Shown piece after piece: positions 62,310-64,000 of a stretch of 64,000 bases of DNA. The first letter of the stretch is position 1. Each line of letters starts with the position of its first letter. A program made the position numbers and the translations under genes. Source of the stretch: Mobula birostris (lineage: Eukaryota). The stretch lies in contig NC_092383.1 of the NCBI RefSeq assembly GCF_030028105.1, forward strand, positions 86,571,921 to 86,635,920. Reading direction: 5' to 3'. The notes below the pieces were generated by a model. The model was given only the letters and a program-made list of their open reading frames with translations, was not told where the DNA came from and ran no database searches.

Positions 62310-62620
62310 AGAATTCAGAATTGAAGCGAATGAGGGTGAGAGACAACATGATAGAGATGTATAAGATGATCAGAGGCAGAGATCAAGCGGAGATCCAGAG
62401 AATATCTCAGGGCAGAAATGGCCAATGTGTGGGGGAATAATTTCAAGGTGATTGGAGGAAAGGATTGAGAGGGTGTCCGAGGCATGTTCTTTACACAGAG
62501 TGGTGGGAGCATAAAAAGCCTTACCAGGAGTGGTGGTAGAGGCAGATACACTTAAAAAACTCTTAGATAGGCTTATGGATTATAGGAGAGCTTTAGAAGG
62601 GATGGATTAGATTGATCTTA
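62310..62620 (+). mobile_element. CR1 3' fragment
   Basis: gaattgaagcgaatgagggtgagagacaacatgatagagatgtataag..ttacacagagtggtgg. Confidence 0.65.
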
Positions 62621-63079
62621 TAGTAACACACAAATGCCAGAGAAACTTAGCAGGCCAGGCAGCACCTATAGAAACAGGTACTGTCCACGTTTCGGGCTCA
62701 GACCCTTCAGCGTCTACTCCCCAATTTTCAGGAACAGTAATTACCCTTTCATCATCATACTCCTGAACCGATGTGGATAACTTCACTCACTTGAACTATG
62801 AACTGATTCCACAACACATGGAATCAGTCTCACTTTCAAGGATTCTGCAGCTCATACTCTCAGTATAAAAATAATGTATTAAAATATGTGTATTTTTATC
62901 TGCACTATTTGTCTTCTTTTGCACCTTGGTTGTTTGTCTGACTTCATTTATGTAGGTTTACACAAATTCTATCACATTGCTTTATTTTTCTCTAAACGCC
63001 TGAAAGAAAATGAATCTCACTGTAGTATATGCTGACATGCATGTACTTTGATAATAAATTTACTTTGACTTTGACTAGT

Positions 63080-63490
63080 GCAGCACTTTGTCAAAAGGCT
63101 TTTGAAAATCCAAGTAAACAACATCCACTGATGGACAAAGTCTCGTTCCTCTATGCAGCCTGTTAATTCTTTAAGGAGTTCTAACAAATTTGGCAGGGTA
63201 GATTTCTCCTTAAGCAGATTATGCTGACTTCAGCCTATCTTACCATATACCTCCAAGTACTCTGAAACCTCATCCTTAATAACAGATTCTAACATCTTAG
63301 CAAACACTGAAGTCGGACTAATTGTCCTATAACATCCTGCCTTTTGTCTCCCTCCCTTCTTAAAGAAATGAGTGACATTTGTAGTTTTCCATTCCTCTGG
63401 AACCATACTTGAAAGATTATTACTCATGCCTCTACAATCTCTTCAGTTAGCTCCTTCAGAACCATGGGGTGCAGTCCAAGTAACTGATCC
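63080..63490 (-). mobile_element. CR1 RT fragment
   Basis: VPEEWKTTNVTHFFKKGGRQKAGCYRTISPTS. Confidence 0.75.
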
Positions 63491-63743
63491 TATTTCACAA
63501 TGTCCTCTCTCCTATTTACACCATCTTCCCTCTCCACTCAGGTTCAATGCAGAGTCTCAACCCAAACCACCAACAATTCCCTTCCCCCAGACAGATGCTG
63601 CTTGGCCTGCTGAGTTCCTCCAGGAGATTTCTCTGAACTCCAGTTTCTGACATCTTTAGTGTCTACACGTATTCAAGCTCTGTTCTGGAAACAATGCAAA
63701 CCAAAACTGATTATAAAAATACCCCATGCTGGTTGTCACTCAC

Positions 63744-63780
63744 TGGGTAGGAAACTAATCAGAAGAATCAAAATCCACAT
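63744..63780 (-). pseudogene. Gene C exon 1: signal peptide MWILILLISFLP
   Basis: ATG at 63780, donor A|GTGAGT at 63744; flanks homologous to 16700-17000 and 54600-54900; downstream V exon broken. Confidence 0.8.
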
Positions 63781-63839
63781 TGTTTTATTCACTGAGACCC
63801 TGTCAGCACTTGTCTGTTCACAGAGTGAAATTGCTGTTG

Positions 63840-63895
63840 AATAAAATTAAGGAAGAAGAGGGCAGGAAGTCCAATCGCGAAACCACAGTGAGCTA
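63840..63895 (-). promoter_or_regulatory. Putative promoter of gene C (Ets, CCAAT and RUNX motifs)
   Basis: CAGGAAGT at 63863-63870, CCAAT at 63871, AACCACA at 63881-63887. Confidence 0.45.
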
Positions 63896-64000
63896 ACTTA
63901 GGCTGATATGTGAACATATGAAAAGCAACACACACAAAATTCTGGAGGAACTCAGTAAGTCAGGAAGCATCTATGTAAATGAACATACAGTCGATATTTT

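Noticed and set aside
1-64000. CRISPR arrays, tRNA/rRNA genes, prokaryotic systems
   Set aside because: None seen; the sequence is eukaryotic. tRNA-like motifs are SINE heads or LTR primer-binding sites.

Overview
Vertebrate genomic DNA, most likely a cartilaginous fish and probably a ray. This is inferred from the repeat landscape (CR1 with esterase ORF1, Rex1/Babar-type LINEs, V-SINE, Penelope-derived palindromes). Most of the window is transposon-derived. The non-repeat content is a minus-strand tandem cluster of Ig-superfamily immune receptor genes that join a CD300/pIgR-type V domain to Cys-rich, FcR-like C2 domains. Gene B appears intact: leader 54779-54740, V 53354-53034, C2a 52229-51909, C2b 47404-47084, stalk 44482-44428, TM 35466-35376, tail 35121-35083, and a probable last exon 34817-34779. 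All splice phases match. The TM carries Lys and Arg and no ITIM is seen, which suggests an activating receptor. Gene A (leader 16906-16870, V, frameshifted C2a, acceptor-less V', C2b 768-448) runs off the left edge and may produce a soluble form. Gene C (leader 63780-63744, broken V at about 62.1-62.3 kb) is a pseudogene. A further dead V module lies inside an intron of gene B. Also present: hammerhead-ribozyme motifs in Penelope-like remnants, nested CR1 insertions that differ between the duplicates, Gypsy LTR remnants and Tc1 remnants. All alignments and counts were done by eye; repeat boundaries are approximate.
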